DNA of 64,000 nt from Pavona decussata (taxonomy: Eukaryota): positions 186,001-250,000 of the forward strand of contig CDRNST010000143.1 of the NCBI GenBank assembly GCA_977016875.1, read 5' to 3'. This document shows positions 39,846-52,641 of the stretch, piece by piece. Each line of letters starts with the position of its first letter. Position 1 is the first letter of the stretch. Position numbers and translations under genes: made by a program. The notes under the pieces were generated by a model, which worked only from the letters and a program-made list of their open reading frames with translations, did no database searches and was not told where the DNA came from.

Positions 39846-40139
39846 CATCCTGAAGTGAAACATACATACATTGCATACATTCAGTAACATACATTTGACT
39901 CGACAGACAGATTAGACTGAGCTGAAGGTTCGTTTGTGGTCGAGAAAACTTTAGCTAATCAATATAGCGAACCGTGGTACTGAGTCAGGACTTAACGATA
40001 TTCTGTTCATGTTCGTGGCAGCTCTAGCGATGCGGTTTTCCTTAACCTGTTGTTCAAAGGTTCAGGAGTCCATGGATGTACTGATGTGTTCCAATGTAGA
40101 AGTTCTAAATGTGAATTTGTACAATGAGCGAGTAATAAG

Positions 40140-40640
40140 TAAATGGTAGTAAATGTCCCGAACGTTCTCGAAAAAAATCCCTTCATCGATTGGCCCTTGT
40201 ATTTTTAAGTATTCACCCACCAAATCATTCGTGTATTTATACAAAATAAGCAAGCAATGGCACTGATGCTTCGAAGTCAACTGTGACTGCTCTAAACGTT
40301 CTTAGAACGTTCTTTCACCGGTAGAATGACGTATGGTATTCTTTTAGCACTTGCAATTTTATTCACCAAAGCAAACTATTCATATATATATTTTAAAAAT
40401 TAGCAAGTACTGGAATGCGTGAAATCCTGCTAACAGAATCATTCGTCGTATTCATTTTGCACCGGTAGTTTAATTTACTAAATCCTCAAACCGTAGATCC
40501 GTATAACAAGCAAGTAACCAAATATTACAAAAACTTTGGGTTACTGCGACTTCTCTAAACGTTCTCAAGAACACACTTTCATCGATAGAATGATGCGACG
40601 TTTTCTTTTGGCACTTGTTATTAAACTCACTAACCTATTT
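40140..40640 (+). repeat. Decayed tandem array, period about 130 bp
   Basis: CTGTGACTGCTCTAAACGTTCT…GTAGAATGA…TTCTTTTAGCACTTG (40281) versus CTGCGACTTCTCTAAACGTTCT…ATAGAATGA…TTCTTTTGGCACTTG (40544); weaker copies near 40160 and 40425. Confidence 0.7.
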
Positions 40641-42996
40641 ACTGCCATATCACAAGTGTCATGCATGAATCCCATGAAGTCTCCTTTTCGAATTTTATCT
40701 ATCATTTAACGGTTGACTTTTTGACGTTACGTCAAACCCCGATGAATTTACATCTTAGAATGCAAATCTTTGTCGGGCACATATATATCGATCATGTTAT
40801 TGGGCCCACTGGAAAACCGGGGCGTCTCTTTCCTTATATGAGAGGCATAATTTAATAAGCGTGGCACTAGCACCCAAGGACCCTATTAGTACTTGAAGTT
40901 CCCTTTAGAAGTGCCCCGCAGGTGTGATGTTTAACGTTTGTTTGTTCCTAATAGCTTGAATCACTCCAACCTCTTATTATATTCATCGCAGCAGACCGAC
41001 ATGGCCGTTAAAAACAACCACAAGATTAAATACCGCGTAAATCAAACCAGGGTTGGCTTTCCTTCGATATTGGTCTTAGGAAAACAACAACACTGAAATC
41101 TCTCGACGCTTGGCTCGCGTCACATTTATTACCTTTGGGTCCACATTTTCTACAATGTTACAAAGCAATGCAACAAAGAGAGTAACTTTTCCAAATAACA
41201 ATCTTTAACTCATCAGCAGCGAGGCATAACGTTGACTTTTATTTATGATAACGTTTAACAAATGTAGTAGTCTTACTCTGTTATTTAGGGATTGTTGACA
41301 GAGGACAGTACAATCAAAAGTTTAATTTTGTGACATTTAAGAGATAGACGAAAAATAAACTGCTCTGATGTTAATTCTATAGTAATAAATATGTCGTTTC
41401 TTTTCAGCTTTTTTTTTTAATTATTATTGTTATTATTTTTTTTAACGATTTACTTTTTCTTTTGCCTTTCTCCGATTTTCCAGCGACCTTTACCCCTACA
41501 TTATCTAGTAAGCATGTAGTTACAGGTGGGAGAAAAAAAATTAAAAGTCAATCCTCTTTGTGTTTTAAATGAGAAGAAAAAACATAACGCGTGGAATTGT
41601 ATTTTGACTTTCTTCACTGCTTCTCTGTCTCTTTCTTAGAATCGTCCGGTTTTTTGACGTTTTTGGCCTCGTTACTGATTGAAGAATCAAAGTTTCCCAC
41701 TCACTTCTTTTGATTTCTCTGAAATCGCGTGACGTGCAACAACCTAGCGTGCACTGAAATCTTGCAAAGCCGATATAGACAGTCGCCTATGTGTCACTTA
41801 ACTGAATAGGAATCGTTAAGTTGTTTACTAGAGAGTCAGCAGTGTTTCGTGACTTGCTCAATGGAATGGAACATGGTTGGACCTAAATGGTCGCGTGCAG
41901 TTTTCAAGTCGCGACTTCTGTGCGTCCAGTATATGTTGTGTGTCATCATGCGTTAGGTAAAAAGCACTTGACTTGTTTTCTAGGTGTTTCTTCGCTTTGT
42001 TTGTTTGGTAGTCTGTGTGGCCGACTGTTGGAGAGTATTGTCGAAATTAAATGCTTTATCTTTCTTCCATTTTTGTTGTTGGGTGGTGATCTTAAATTGT
42101 TTTGTTTTCCGAGAATAACTGATACTGGAAGTCGGAAACATACGGCAGGAAATCGCGCCTTGCTTGTAGCAACCTACCAGTTCCAAAGGTTAATTACTTC
42201 AGAAATGATAATTTGTTAATGCTACTGTCCGCGTTTCCTTGGCAGTTGGAAAAAAAATTGCATAATCTTAAGACTAAGACATGGCTGAATTTTGGCAGAA
42301 AAACTTAAATGTATTGACGTAACTCTCTCAAAATGTTACAAATGAGTACATATTGTACCAGATTAGTTTCTGCCAAGAGTGTGACTACGACGGCGGGTCT
42401 CCTTTAATGTTATCCTTTCGCGGATAAATTCTTCCCCGTATATCACTTGATTTATCGCCTTTCAAAAAGCGTCGAGGTCAGTGCGTTCGGCGCCGTCCAA
42501 GAGTTGCAAGTAGAAACTAAGTTTCGGTTATACGACAACAATAGATTCGAAATACTTAGCGCAGAGTTAACTGATACCTCAGCTACCAGCTCTGCCAATG
42601 AATTCTGAAACCTTCGTATTATGTAGTTTCCATAGTAGTTTTATAAAACAAGAATGCCTACCTACGTTTTGTTTGGAAGAAAGTGCTTTGCCTGACATGG
42701 TTTTGACCAACAATGCGCGGTGTAATTTTAGATCGATGGGTACCTTAGGCAGTTAGCTTAGGAATTTTTTTCAGTGCAAAGAGCTAAATTCTCAGGATTA
42801 TAGGGCGACAGGATTTGGAAATGGGATTGGTGCTTTTAATCTCCTTATAGTTAAAATTCTTGTTATTAGAGCTAATGCACCCTACAATTCATCCCCTCCA
42901 TCATTGTTTCACAATATAATGTGCAGCTTCGAAAGGCTTACTTGCTAGACATTTACCATGCATGGAGATTGTTGACTTAGTCTTAGGTCATACTAT

Positions 42997-43115
42997 GGGA
43001 TATTGGCCAAGTTCTTTTTCAGCGTGTTTAAGAACTGAGGTGAACCAAAGAGGTCTAGTAACACGCAAAAAGAGAATGCAGCCAATATCCCGCGGAGTTG
43101 GGAAGCTTAGTCAAT
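42997..43115. mobile_element. Hairpin-type MITE remnant
   Basis: Imperfect inverted repeat GGGATATTGGC…TTCTTTTT…GCGTGTT / AACACGCAAAAAGAGAA…GCCAATATCCC (42997-43091). Confidence 0.65.
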
Positions 43116-46100
43116 AAATTAATTAAATGACATTAAAAGGAAAGTGGCAAAGGTGACGAACCTTCAAGAAACCAGGCTGCATCGGTTTTTAAGTTTCCCC
43201 TAATTTGTCTAGAATATGGTGGATTAACCCGGGAAAAGAGAGAGAATGGGGGTGGGAGGGGGTGGAGGAAGGAAGGAATTTGCCGAACGTATAGTGGAGG
43301 TGTCCCGTTTAGAGGTGAAATCCAATTTCAGAGCAAAGTATATAATTTTTCAAACCTTATTTCATTCTCAGGATGCAAAATCGTTCACCATTATGCCAGG
43401 CCAGACCTAATCAAACTGATTAAGGGACACAAGTGCGGAGTTATCTCAGATTTCATGAGACCAAAAAATACTTGAAACTGTTTCATCAACTACAGCGGTG
43501 GTACACCCTGTTTGTGACTAGCAGGAAAAACATGACCCTTTTTAGTGGTGGTTCAAATCTATGCCCTATTTGCGCCGAAAATGTGTTATACTCTTTGTTG
43601 CACATACCGATGTTGCTTATGAGATGGATCCCCCCGAATTAACGAAATGATATATGTATGACCTAAAAAGGGAAAGTTCCAGTCAAAAGGTAAGGTATCT
43701 GAACTATTTACTCAGAACAATGGTCACTATTAAATCAAAGTAAAAATTCGCTCATGTGTGTATATCTGGAGACTTAAATTACCTTAAGGATTAGAGAGAA
43801 CCCCTAAAGCGAAAATTATTAGGTCAAACTAACCGAACTTGAACATTTTAGCATCTACAATTTCCTTGTAAAAGAACCAAGAGAGAAAGACCACAGATTG
43901 ATCAGCTCCGAAATGAAAACGAATATATTAAATGGAGCTTTTATGAAACAGAGTTACAACAGACGTGTGTTATCTCGAGCATCAGGCCTTTTGCTATCTC
44001 GGAACTAATAATAGCCGTTATTCTTGGACACTGTGGGACAATAATTTACTACTGGTTGTCGTGGTTTCCCGAACGCATTTTTTCCCGCCATTTAAACGAA
44101 CGCAGTGGCGGGAATCTACTGGATTTCGGTTATAAAAATCGCATTTTTCTGCCATTGTCAGTGAGTCTTCAAATCCCAGGATGAGAACAGGATTCTTTTT
44201 TCTCTAAGAATTAAGCAACGTTTAAGGTTGAAGTCTTAATAAATGAGGCTAAACTGTTGAAAGATGAGGTTTATTGAAATGCTATTCACGCTTGTAGTAA
44301 ACGTGATTATCGTCAATTACACAGAGGCCATCCGGAAATGTTGCTGGAATGTTCAACTATCAAGGCGCTAAGAATTGCACAGTTAATGAGATATTCATTA
44401 ATAATCGCAATTATTCTGCACATTGCATGATATTAACACGGCAATGACAATTGTTTGAGGCGTATAGAGTTGCTTCACAAGGTTCGCTTTCTTTCCAAAA
44501 ATGTTCAGAATTTGCAGGTGGCTTAGCAGTTTTTATTACCTTTTCCATCGGCATCTTGTCCCCGTTGTGAGCCAATCACTTGAATCGCACGATTGAATTG
44601 ATATTTCCCGCTTGTAGGAACACTGCCTTGGGTCAGAAAGCTGCCAAATCCAATAAAAATTTCATCGTTTTGATATCTTCTGTCGACATGAGGTGTGATT
44701 ATCCCATATAAACCTTCCGCTATGTTATGCAAGAACGTATGTTTGCACAATTTAAATCTTCGCTTTGCTTTAATTTTTAAACAAGATTGTTTGAGAGTTA
44801 AGCCCCCGTGAACTTTTGTTTAATAAGAATGTTACCCCATTCTGATATAAAAATTATCTTGTTGTTTATTTTGATAAGTCTATAGTTCAGCAATCTTTCT
44901 TTTTTTTTTCAGTATTTCTGCTCATTTTTAGTTTGTTCTTGCAATACAAAGGGGAGAATGGTTAAGCAAAACTGGCTTGCAAGAAGTATTAGTGATGTTT
45001 GACACTTTCTAGAATGTTCAATTGCAGTTAGTATACTGTTTTTGCTACTATCCGACTCTTCCCCTAACTAATCCTCCTTCCATTTTACCATTCAGCATGA
45101 ATCCTTCAAAACGACCTGCTTACAAAGCAGGATAATTAGAGTACATTCTTGTTTTGCTCTTGTCGTTAAGCTTGCCAATGAACGATGATCATCCTCCAGT
45201 TTCAATGAAATCCTTTTTTATGACTGCTTTGTATACGAATTTCATTTTCTTTTTTAAACAGATTTCCTTGTTACACAGTATCGTACAAGAGTTCGAGAGA
45301 ACACTTAGCTCAAAGAACCATCTCGAGAAGATTCACTGTGTCTGATTCCCAGGACTTTGACGTGGGCTGCAAAATTCTTCTGCTCCATTGAAAAAAAAAA
45401 GAAGAATACTTTTTAGTCTTACAAAGAAAAATAATCCTTTTATTGAATTTTGTTGTAAGAGGTGCAAAGAACTGACATTGTTTGGTTACTGTATTGTTCG
45501 CTTTTGTGATGCAGGAATGTCAGTACTACATGCAGGTTCTCCTGACAAGTTAATGAAGGTAAACACAGGATTATATTTGTATTAAGATTTATGCAAAGCT
45601 ATTTTATGCAAGAGAGCGTCTTTCTCTGCAGTTTTTTAGGCCGGAATGGTTTTGTAGCAAGCATTTCAATTGTTTCTCTTGTATTGCCTGATTCGCTCGA
45701 CTAAGAGTTTTTGTTTCGACGTGTTTAAATTCTCTAGCTGTAATGCAGACTTGCGTCAATTAAACTCAAATAAGAAGATACGCAGATTTTTCTTTTTGCT
45801 GACATGTTGTATCTTGCTTCCATGATAGCTTGATCTGACTGTTCCAGTGAAACGCAGATAAAATGATATGTGAGGTAATCTATAAATGTCCCCTCACGCA
45901 ACTTAGAGTTTATATTCTGCTGCAAGTATAAAACGCCTACGTTTGTTAGGAGTTGTTGTTTTAATAAAGACTATTATTATCCTATGTTTTTTATTTTATT
46001 TTACTAGAGGCTTTTCTTCCTTTGTAATAAATCGTGGTATATTTGGTTAATAGCTCCTTGTTTTGTAGTAAACGCGTGCATCGTACCTTACTGATAGAGT

Positions 46101-49100
46101 CAGCAAAAGCTGACTTCTATTACACTCGAATAAAAAAGATGCAATGATTGTACTGTTTGTTGGCATGTAGGGTATTGTATGCCCTTCATCTGATTGTTGC
46201 AGTAAAGGCAGATTAAAAATGATACGTACAGTAATCTTTATTGCCATCGCTGTAAATCTTGCCTCGTTCGACATGCATTTTATGGCTGTAAGATATTATC
46301 CACTGTTTATCTTTAATTTCACCGTACTGTGCAGGCTTTTTAATTCTCCTTTTGTTATTTCAAACTAAACCTTGGTTACTGTGGTGAATATCTTCTCGTT
46401 TTATTGTAAACTCATGCAGTGCACCTAATCTCAAAAGCTTAGCTCGATTATAGTCAAATAAATAGGACAGCGATTGCCGGTTCTGCTTGCTGTCATGTGT
46501 TGTCTTGTGCTAATGGATGAGCATCTTTGTCTGACTGTTGCAATAAAGGCAGGCGAATTTGATATTCGCAGTAATCTGTATTACCCTCGTTGTAAATATT
46601 GCATAATATCTGTACAGAAATCTAGTTATCATTACAATTTTATTTCGTTTATAGTATTGCACAAAGATTTTAATTACCTTCTCTTTAGCTGTCTGTATGT
46701 ACAGTGAAGCTTTTGGGCATTCTCGGTCAGGACTGATTTTTCTCTATATTTTGGCCGTTTTCTGGAGCTTCATGATCAGGCGTTGTTATTAAGCAGCTTG
46801 CTCATTATTCTGCTACTGAAAAAATAAACTTCCATGGCACCATCAATATTACCGAGAGTTGCGCTGCAAATGTTGACAAAATATATTAGGCAAACAGCTT
46901 GATTGTTAAGAGTATTCTCACATTCGTTCTTTACCAGTTGGAACTGAGCCATTGTGATGAAGGACGTCAGTTGTGGGTTAAGGTGTCTGGTAGCTTTTAT
47001 CCTGACTCAACCGAGTCAAATGTTTGACTGTATACCCAAAAGTATAAAGCAGGCCTGCGCTAGTGTGCTCTTGTGTACACAGGTTGTTTTATTGAAACAA
47101 ATTGAGCATTATCAAGAGCCATCGCCTAACATTGATGCTCTGCAAAGTTCTCAAAACAGTGCAGCTTCTGTTGCATGTTCTCAGGAACTTTTTTAATGGA
47201 GCTGCAACACTACCTCTTGGAAATGGTGTAAACAAAAGCACCCTCATTAGAAATGGAAGTCATAAGAAACCACTGATGCTCTGCAAGAGCAAAATTGTCG
47301 TTTATTTGTTTACTCCGTTTGACATGAACTCGTTTGACTCATTTATAAATTGGATTTACTGTATAGCAGAAGGGGGTGGAATTTTCAGTCTTAAATCGTT
47401 TCGATGTTTCTGTATGTTTAATATTTGGATTTTGAGATTGTTTTTTGTTTGGTCAAGCCGAAGCAAACTTCGAAAAGCGATGCAAATGATGGGCGTCGCC
47501 AGTGAAGCGTGCATCCGACCACCCTCATGTGTTTCCTATGAGCGTGTTCCTGTTCACGTTTTATCGTTAGCACTTCCAGTAGTGCCCAAGGTCAATAAAC
47601 AATTCCTAATTACATTTTACTTGCAACAAATTAGAATAGTACCACAGGAACTAAGTACTCAATCGCTTCTGGTACCACTCAGTGGCTTTCATTTTAGTAG
47701 TGTCACCAAGATTCCATCCGCGTGCTCCAAAGATAGAACCACGCACCATGACTCAAAGTGACTCATAAAGGGAAATGATTAATGTATTGAAAACGTCAAA
47801 GCTGCTAAAAGATCTCTTGGTTAACCTCAGTGTCCATGTATTGCCCCTGCATTTAATCTGAGTAAAATCGAATGTTAATTGCTTTTGTAAATTAGCCTAG
47901 AATTTCAAAAATGCTTGCTTGTCTTTGAATCATCTGTAGCTGTTTTTATGGCAGCGAGATTAAATTATTCTGTTTATACTATCTAACCTTTGTATAGAGC
48001 CTCACACTTAAGTTACTTGTATTAGCTCCTGTTTTTTTTCGAGTGAGCATATTGAGATTCACCTCTTGAGACACTAGTTAAACAAAATGCGCCAGTGATA
48101 AAATGTATGGATTGGAATGAAAAATGCAAACTCAAGTCATTTATAGAAGAAAACGTTTCATGCCACTGATGAAATTAAGCGTGGGAACGAGAACAATTTT
48201 AATGACTCGACAGTAATAATACTGAAGACAGTCTGTTTCCGGAAGTAATAAAGCCACGTAATATAGTTTTCCTGTTGATATTGGAAGATATATCGTTAGG
48301 AGGGAATTTGGATTACAAATCACCAAGGATGTGGGAAGGTTGTTACACGTGAAGTGTTTCAATAGTGCAGATCACGGCATATGTTTGGGCTTAAATACAT
48401 CAACAGTTAATGTTATCTAGCTGTAATACGGTGGCATCCATAGAATAAGATAGTTAATACGTGGGGATACTTGCGCTTTCTCTTATTTTCTTAAACTTAG
48501 GTGATGAGGTTTCGTTTCGTATCAAGAAGTGACCGAGTTCTCAGATCATTTAAATGATGAGGTGCTGTCTAAAATTGCAATTTCACTCTGGCAAACCACA
48601 CTTAAAACTGCCATTAGCAAACACTACGAGTGTGTGCGATAGTTTTGTTTACAAGGACGTCCACTTCTTTCAAACTGGAGGAAGAATCCGATTAGGTTAA
48701 GTATCTGCCCACGATTAAACTAAATTTGTAATGAACCATTTTTTGAATGTTTTACAATTAAAAAACACCCTTGTGACTACGCACAAAATAACAACTTCCT
48801 TTTTTAATATGCATGGAACTTTCTTTAAGGTTAGTCAATCCTTCGTGCCTTTTTTCAGTAGCATATTTTCAGTTCCCAAACCTATATTAGATCTCGAAAG
48901 TGGGCATTATCGTATCGCACTTTTAAAGCTGTGAAATATATATTTTTGTCTCATGATGGTGGGGGCAAAGAGAAAAACATGTTTCCGTGACTTGTGGTTC
49001 TCGCGTGTATTTCCTAGTAGCCTATGACGTCAATACTGTCGCCACACCGGACCTTGGTTTCGCAGTATTGGTCTCTGTGGACGAATTTGGCTTCTGACGT

Positions 49101-50439
49101 CTGTAACCGCTCGTGACAGTTTCCCTTTTGAGTCATTAATCCCTTGTACAATCAATTGGAAATCACGAAACCCAATTCTCTTCCATTGTCTTTTAGTTAC
49201 GGTGACAAAGCTGGAAAGAACAGCTTGCCAACATACGAGCCAAATACAACCTATCTGATTATCTTGATTTGGCACTGAGTAGGCCTTGATAACTCGAAAA
49301 CAACAAGTGCATGATACAGCACTTACCTTGCCGTGACTTGCTACAGGTTTCAGCTGAATTCTTTTCATTCCTTAGCGCAAATGAAATATGAGCAACGTTT
49401 GAAAAATTGCTGTTTAGTTATTATTTTTAGATTATTTAGATCTCAAGAAAAGCAACGGACCATAAGAACGAATGATATTGACTATGTTTTGCAAAAGGGT
49501 CTTCTTATGCTTCGATTTCTCACGAACAATTTGTAATGGGGTTAATGCCACGTGAACTCTGGAAATGTAACTATTTCAGTTCAGATCGCGTGGCGACATT
49601 CTTTGATAATCCGCTTTCGTCTCGTCATTAGCGTTTTTGAATTATTGTTTTTCCATTACCCAGGGACCATTATATTTGCTTTATAAAGTCTGGGCTCTTT
49701 TTAATTGAAGCAATTTAAAAGAAATCTTTATTTATATGCTTGCGGAATTAGGGATAGTATCCTCAGCTCTGCAAGTACGTTTTTAGTACTCAATTTGACA
49801 CGAGCTTGGAACTCAAGCAAAAATTAAAACATTTTACTAAAACTGTTACTTTTGGTTTTATTAACACACGATTTTTTTTCGTAATTAAGAGAAAGAACTG
49901 AGAGAAACAAAGCCCTTCCTGTTTTCTGCTAAACCCTTTTTTTGTCATTTTTCTTTACTTCTGCACTTTATTTTCAGTACGTAAATCATTGTACGACACC
50001 AATGGGTACACAGACAAATAAGCCCAAACTCGCCAGGAACGTGAAGACACACCCACAATTTGTGCTGCAAAATGCGCTAAATATTTTTTACATCAGCAAG
50101 AAGTACTGCTTTCTTGAGAAACTGAGAATGATGATTTTTGCCAGTAAGCCAAAGTAGTTTGGTATACAGCAGCAGGTTATGTCTTTGGTTTTGTTTGTAA
50201 GAAAATCAAGTTGCGTTTGAGGCCAGCCATAATAGTGATCAGCATCTAATTTCTCCTCACAATATGAGAATTAAGGAAATGATCATCAGAGTTAAAATGT
50301 CGTGATCGGTGTTCATTTCCAGTCTCAACTAGTATTATTAGAGAATTTAAAATTTGACGTCAAGGAGGTCGCTACTTTCGAGTATCGAGGGTCGCCATTT
50401 GCAAGCATCAAGTTTCAGATTTCATCATCGTCATTTATT

Positions 50440-50690
50440 CACAGGCTTAACATATTCCATCACATTATTTCCATTGCACATATGCCACACATTGACATTC
50501 CAATCCTAGCAGTATGCAGGATGTTTGTCCCATGAACCTAGTTTAATGGCCTTGGCTCCTACGAGTCTCCTTGAAGCTCAGTGGTAGAGCATCCGAACTA
50601 GTAATCGGAAGGTCTTAGGTTCGACTCCTGATAGGAGCACTCGGATTTTTTTTCCGAGTATGCCTGTGTCATTTACTGATTAATACAGCA
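50440..50690 (+). mobile_element. tRNA-derived SINE-like repeat; tRNA(Thr)-like module at about 50567-50638
   Basis: A box AGCTCAGTGGTAGAGC 50575-50590, anticodon-arm-like TCCGA-ACTAGTAA-TCGGA, B box GGTTCGACTCC 50618-50628, then an ACTCGGA-T6-TCCGAGT hairpin. The acceptor stem and anticodon loop are non-canonical. Confidence 0.75.
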
Positions 50691-50905
50691 TTCTCGTTGT
50701 TGTTGTTGTTTTTGTGAGTTTTCCTTGCAACGTGGGAGTTGTGCCTCCATATTTGCAGCAGCTGTTGACAAGAAAATTTTATTCGCAATTCAATTCTTTT
50801 TATTATGACAGTTGTAAAAACTTATGTATGCCATAAGGTTATACATAGACTGGGGCGTTAAACGTGGTCCAAGTTACGTGTAGGAATAGCGAATCTCTCT
50901 ATTCT

Positions 50906-50924
50906 TTATTATTATTATTATTAA

Positions 50925-50991
<67 letters not shown>
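50906..50991. repeat. (TAT)n microsatellite
   Basis: About 28 units with one interruption. Confidence 0.97.
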
Positions 50992-51074
50992 TCCCACACA
51001 AATAATATAGCAAAAAACTGTTAATTAAATGGATGGATGGGAGAATTAACTCCGCAGTGTATGTGAAAGTGCTA

Positions 51075-51229
51075 AAGTGAGCCCATGAATTTCTTACTAA
51101 GAGTTAGCAAGGAGATCGCACTAGGGAAAGAATATAATCTTTGACCTCCGCGGGAATCGGTGAACCCACGACCTCCGGATTTGATCGTCCGTTGCTCTAC
51201 CGACTGAGTTACGAGGCCAGACGGGAGCC
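51075..51229 (-). mobile_element. tRNA-derived SINE-like repeat; tRNA-like module at 51142-51218
   Basis: Minus strand GGCCTCGTAACTCAGTCGGTAGAGC…GGAGGTCGTGGGTTCACCGATTCCC…GAGGTCA: A box, B box with a 3-nt insertion, GGCCTC/GAGGTC acceptor stem. Confidence 0.75.
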
Positions 51230-51392
51230 CAGATAACAAGTGCAAGTATAAGATCGCTTTCAAGAATTTAAATTTCGTTTTTTTTTTTGTCTCGGTGTTT
51301 TGTTGTTTACGTATGTATGATTGTTTGCTAGTTTTTTTGCACTTGAGAACTTTGCTTTGACGTCAGTCACTCCAAAAGGAAGGCTAGGACCA

Positions 51393-51840
51393 CCTAACCG
51401 AGTCTTCAAATAAATGGTCAGGGCATGCTGGCCCCTTGTCTCAGTTTACTTGATTAGACGGTATATGAGGGTAACATTAGTAAGGGACTATTTATTTATT
51501 TATTTGTTTGTTTGTTTGTTTGTTTGTAAGGAACTAGTAACCCAAAGCGCAGTTTTTGACGGAAAGAGATTTTAGACGTCCAATCGGGCAATCGGTCCTA
51601 TGCAATGTGACGGGTGGGGGGGGGGGGGGGGGTGGTGATATCATAAATTGACCTAATCGAGTCTTCAAATAACTGGTGAGGCCATGCTGGTCTTGTCTCA
51701 GTTCGCTTGATTAGACGGTATATGAGGGTAACATTTGTAAGGGACTAGTAATCTAAAGCGCCGTTTCTGATGAAAACAAATTGGAGACGTTTAATCGGTG
51801 CTGTGCAATCGGGCGTGGGGTTTGGGGGGGGGGGGGGGAG
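51393..51840 (+). repeat. Local tandem duplication (about 190-240 bp x2), each copy ending in poly-G
   Basis: ACCTAAyCGAGTCTTCAAATAA…CTTGATTAGACGGTATATGAGGGTAACATT…AAAGCGC occurs at 51393 and 51651. Confidence 0.9.
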
Positions 51841-52615
51841 ACAGACAATGCCTTTACATGCTGCTGAAGTCTGATCTCAGCGCCAGCAAATAATGTAATA
51901 AGGCACATTTATTGACAATCACAGCCAGTCAGAAATCGTGATAATCATTTTAGTTACCCGTGTAACTCCAGAAAGGGACAACCTCGATCCACTCTGAAAT
52001 GGATTGGGTTTTCGCCCACGGAAATTTCGTCAGTGTGCTGACGCATTTTTTAAGAAAGGAATTGTCTTTTTTCAAGGACACTCCTGCTAGGCATTCTCAA
52101 GTTGTCAAGATTCACTCTAATATAAATTTAAATCGTTTCGTTGTTTTGCAAAAACGTGTATCATGCGAGTACATCCTTTACATGATATGTATCATTTAAT
52201 ACATTGCACACCCAACAATCAGCAGCAGTACGAATCCGTTGAATCGGTAGACATTTTTCTAAATAGCTGTGCAAAACTCGCATTATCATTTCCTCACTAG
52301 TAACAATTCATACTACAATAGTTTTGTAATAGCCGAAATGAGCACTCGTTTGAATAAAATGATAGAGTCCTTCTCAAAAAGGCTCTGTAACAGATGCGTG
52401 ATTGAAAGCATCCCTGATAGCTAGTGCTGGAGTAAACGTACGACGTAAGAAAGCAAATTACCTCGAACTACGCACCTCCTCTTCTGTCAACCACCCTTGC
52501 CTCCACTCCCTTGTTTTACGGACCCCCTGCCCCTTCCCCCCTCCCCCCCCCCCCCCAAAAAAAACACTACGTCGATGAAATGGATAGGCTGAGAGAAATT
52601 AATCCCACTTTTCAG

Positions 52616-52641
52616 TGTTGTTGTTGTTGTTGTTGTTGTTG
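52616..52641. repeat. (GTT)n microsatellite
   Basis: About 8 units. Confidence 0.9.

Noticed and set aside
47102-47761. 219-codon open frame, the longest unexplained one
   Set aside because: Non-ATG start, no recognisable motif, composition typical of T-rich non-coding DNA, and its end overlaps a repeat copy.
50567-50638. Functional tRNA-Thr gene
   Set aside because: Imperfect acceptor stem, irregular anticodon loop and positions 8-9, embedded in repeat sequence; better explained as SINE-like.
51142-51218. Functional tRNA gene on the minus strand
   Set aside because: 3-nt insertion in the T loop and mismatched D and anticodon arms.
51612-52556. Poly-G/poly-C runs as functional G-quadruplexes
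   Set aside because: Such homopolymers are frequent here, mostly inside repeat remnants, with nothing indicating function.
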